From contig JASANG010003525.1 in the NCBI GenBank assembly GCA_030248215.1, forward strand, positions 1 to 64,000: 64,000 nt of DNA. The letters are read 5' to 3'. Below are positions 61,901-64,000 of this stretch, piece after piece. Below the pieces are notes generated by a model. It had not been told where the DNA came from, searched no databases, and worked only from the letters and a program-made list of their open reading frames with translations. Numbering within the stretch: the first letter of the stretch is position 1; each line of letters begins with the position of its first letter. Made by a program: the position numbers and the translations under genes. This stretch comes from Enoplolaimus lenunculus. Taxonomy: Eukaryota.

Positions 61901-63707
61901 GCTCAGTGAGTCGAATTTGACTCTGGCGGAGTCGAATTTAACTCAGTTTGTGCAGTCCCGAAAAGCCTATTTCGAAGAGAGTCAATTTTACTCCCCATTT
62001 TTGCAGTGTATATTCGTTGCTGAAATAGTATGTCGTAGGATCTTGCTCCTTGAAGTTTCATAAGCGTAAAAGTCAACCATGTGCTGAATTAAAAATCGTT
62101 AACGGAAACGAAAAACGCATATTATCACAATCAACCTAAAAGGTTGATTGTTTTTGCCAAAACAATTAATGGGCGCAAATATTCACCGAGCTAGTATGCT
62201 GTAAATTTCAGTGAGTTGATTTTAACTCTGAATGAGTTGAATCGCTCAGCCTGAGTTAGGACTATAAGAACACAGAATTTTGAGTTGATTTAATTCATTC
62301 TGTGTTAATTAATCAACTCACCCAGAGTCAACTCAACTCAGAGTGAGAAACAACTCAACTCAGAGTGAGTTAATGTTTACTGATATCAACTCAGAAATAA
62401 CTAGTCAACTCAACTCAGAGTGAGAAACAACGCAACTCAGAGTGAGTTAATGTTTACTGATATCAACTCAGAAATAACTAACTCGCTAGCTGAAATGATT
62501 AATCAACTCAATGGAATTAACAGTGACAAATCAAAACAAGGATACGACTAAATTTATAAACATATTGCAACAAATTTGCCGTTTCAAATCGAGCATGTGA
62601 AACATAAAATGCGTCTAAAAATTTGTAAAAATAATGGAATTTTAGGTCTTTCCATGACATTAAATGCATACAGATTTTTACCGAAAACGAAATAGGACAT
62701 CGGGTGTCATCTTGGCTAAAATGGCCTTTAGCGTATTAAAATCACCAATTTGCATTTATGAAACAGAAGTACACGTATGAGCATCAGCTGTGGTTTCAAT
62801 AAAGGGCCAACGTTTAGAACATTTCCGTAGCGGTAGTATAAGCATATTCATAAGTCTAAGCGCCAAAGCGTAAGAATGAGCTAATACCTAAGCCTAAGAC
62901 TAAGCAAAAAATTAGTCGTGGCCCAATATTACATAATTCTAATTTCAATCTAAAATGTCTTACTTCCGCGTTTAGTTCTAGATTTGGTGTTGTTCGTTGC
63001 CGGGGAAACATTCTAGAATGTATTAAATCTGCATACATAAAAGTGTAAAACTCTACAAGTTTTTCATATATGTATATATACCCGAATAAGAGGGGGCAAT
63101 AAGAGGGCGATCCCCATTATGAGTCTCAATCAATAAGGGGCCGTATCCCTAACAAAATTCCGTAAGTGGATAGAGTCTCTAACCCTAAGAGTCTATAAAT
63201 GTCAGTTATCCCTAGTTGTAGTACATAAAAGACTCCAGGAACCAATAGAGTTGAGCTCGAAACTTTAAAGCATACTTATTTCTGGAAAGTACATTTCTAA
63301 GCATATATAACCTTGCATTATCACTCAAATTTTTGATACAAAACAAATAAGTGTTTAATTCAACGGATAGTTGCAATACCGGATATATATCTGCAACAAA
63401 AGGGCGGCGGAGGGCCGGTTGAAAATAAATAAGCCTCCGGAACCGAATAGCAGGGGGCCGTCCTCTGGAGAGGCCAAATAAAATCAGTCAACCCTGTTAC
63501 TCGGGTCACAACAGTATATATGATATGAAATTTTCCCGAAAACTTTTTGTTGTGATTACAAAATGATGTTTCAACCACACCGTTAATACAAGGCATTTAT
63601 GAAAGCTTTTATACCTGATTAATTTCCAAATCAAATCCTGAGCACAAACCGACGAGCATACCGATTATCATAATCAATAGAGGTATTTTAGTATGGCAGT
63701 GACACAT
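49929..63707 (-). CDS. Secreted M12B (reprolysin) zinc metalloprotease, ADAMTS-like, with disintegrin-like and C-terminal PLAC/ShK-like Cys domains and no TSP1 repeat
   Basis: Phase-consistent exons: 61652-61501 (FVIELLLLVD), 61034-60954, 60536-60370 (LPKHDHAMAVTR), 59142-59105, 58062-57954 (GIGYVQSMC..AAHELGH), 57364-57209 (SLGAEHDG..FLMR..FSKCS), 54325-54172 (YPGQTYNVDRQCQMIYG), 51206-51075 (PAFHGTTCGNKM), 50168-49929 (WCQFGKCV..CQFGD..FCCKTC..stop). Probable signal-peptide exon 63707-63615; its link to 61652 is unresolved. Confidence 0.88.
50373..50692 (+). mobile_element. MITE family A, internally deleted copy
   Basis: TA-CTGTAGCGACCCGAATAAGAGGGGG ... CCCCTCTTATTCGGGTCACTACA. Confidence 0.8.
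51280..51455 (-). mobile_element. MITE family B copy
   Basis: GGCGAATGTAAAGAACAGG ... CCTGATCTTTACATGGGCC; flanks TTTGTTTT / TTTATTTT. Confidence 0.8.
52459..52667 (+). mobile_element. MITE family B copy with a perfect 8-bp TSD
   Basis: ATAAAATC-GGCCCATGTAAAGATCAGG ... CTGTTCTTTACATTGGCC-ATAAAATC; many GCTTAG units. Confidence 0.9.
53195..53545. repeat. (AAT)n microsatellite split by a family B variant (53246-53430)
   Basis: AAT runs flank GACCCATGTTAC ... GTAATGTTGGAC, which contains GCTTAG units. Confidence 0.75.
53575..54160. mobile_element. Cluster of family D MITE pieces; complete short copy at 54020-54160 with TSD GTTAAAC
   Basis: GTTAAAC at 53852-53858, 54013-54019 and 54161-54167, each abutting CAAGA or TCTTG termini. 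Confidence 0.75.
54584..54847 (+). mobile_element. piggyBac-like MITE family E copy
   Basis: TTAA-CCCTTTCTCACAT ... ATGAGAAGGGG-TTAA; colinear with 26576-26839. Confidence 0.88.
54887..55280 (+). mobile_element. hAT-like MITE family G (CAGGGTGTAAAC end, ~8-bp TSD)
   Basis: Flanks ATCATATG / ATCCTATG; inverted relative at 59593-59945; fragment near 16910-17050. Confidence 0.7.
55547..57049 (+). mobile_element. Nested insertion: family A MITE split by a hAT-like element (~55924-56997) that contains a family D MITE (56212-56527)
   Basis: Family A left part to ~55920, right TIR at ~57000-57049. Insert ends GAGGGGCGCACCGAGA / TCTCGGTACGCCACTG. Inner TSD GTTATAC at 56205-56211 and 56528-56534. 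Confidence 0.75.
58625..59066 (-). mobile_element. MITE family A copy (inverted)
   Basis: TGTAGTGACCCGAATAAGAGGGGG ... CCCCCTCTTATTCGGGTCAATACAG-TA. Confidence 0.85.
59593..59945 (-). mobile_element. hAT-like MITE family G copy
   Basis: TAGGCTGTAACCG ... CCGTTTACACCCTG; flanks TTTAACAT / TTTAACAC. Confidence 0.75.
61790..62008. mobile_element. MITE family C copy (TA flanks)
   Basis: CACGGCAAAAAATGGTGAG ... CATTTTTGCAGTG; colinear with 11042-11261. Confidence 0.85.
62198..62525. mobile_element. AATCAACTCA/TGAGTTGATT-rich palindromic element (CACTA-like end)
   Basis: CTGTAAATTTCAGTGAGTTGATT ... AATCAACTCAATGGAATTAACAGTG; relatives at ~57655-57860 and around 25480-26044. Confidence 0.65.
63080..63514 (+). 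mobile_element. MITE family A copy, left end truncated
   Basis: ACCCGAATAAGAGGGGG ... CTCGGGTCACAACAG-TA with the family interior. Confidence 0.75.
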
Positions 63708-64000
63708 TTTGATACTAGCAATTAAATAGCAAATCATTCATTTGGCCAAATTTTCTGACGGCAGCAACCTGTAAGTGTGATATTTCAGGTCCAAACTACA
63801 TTTTTCGATATATTAATTTATTATCCTGAAAGCTTAAATATAATTGCAAAGAATGACAAATTGTGAAAATAGAAGTTTATTTTATTATCGGTATTTTTTT
63901 CAAGCGGCTGTGGTACATTTATTTGTAGTTAGCGATAAATGGTAACCGTTTACATGCATTATATATGAGCAAACGAATTGTAAACTGTGTTTACCGGATA

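Overview
AT-rich eukaryotic DNA, most likely a nematode (GT-AG introns with TTTCAG/TTTTAG acceptors; abundant TTAGGC runs, the canonical nematode telomere unit). Four spliced genes were reconstructed by hand with consistent intron phases. (1) A minus-strand gene for signal peptide + PAN/Apple domain + poly-Thr mucin stalk + C-terminal hydrophobic segment (14703-9834). Its second intron holds ten 137-bp repeats, each carrying a frame-compatible candidate 36-nt micro-exon. (2) FIG4/SAC3 phosphoinositide phosphatase, 13 exons, minus strand (43360-28958). (3) DAD1/OST2, 2 exons, plus strand (47245-48555). (4) A reprolysin (M12B) ADAMTS-like protease without thrombospondin repeats, minus strand (about 63707-49929). 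Introns and intergenic DNA are full of short non-autonomous DNA transposons, whose termini and target-site duplications (TSDs) suggest Tc1/mariner, Merlin, P, piggyBac, CACTA, PIF/Harbinger, hAT and Helentron classes. There are also fossil piggyBac-transposase, LINE and F-box-like fragments and several tandem arrays. Bases 560-8330 form one giant inverted duplication with a noisy left arm, probably a long-read fold-back artefact. No prokaryote-type system (CRISPR etc.) is supported. All calls are by eye; no database searches were run.
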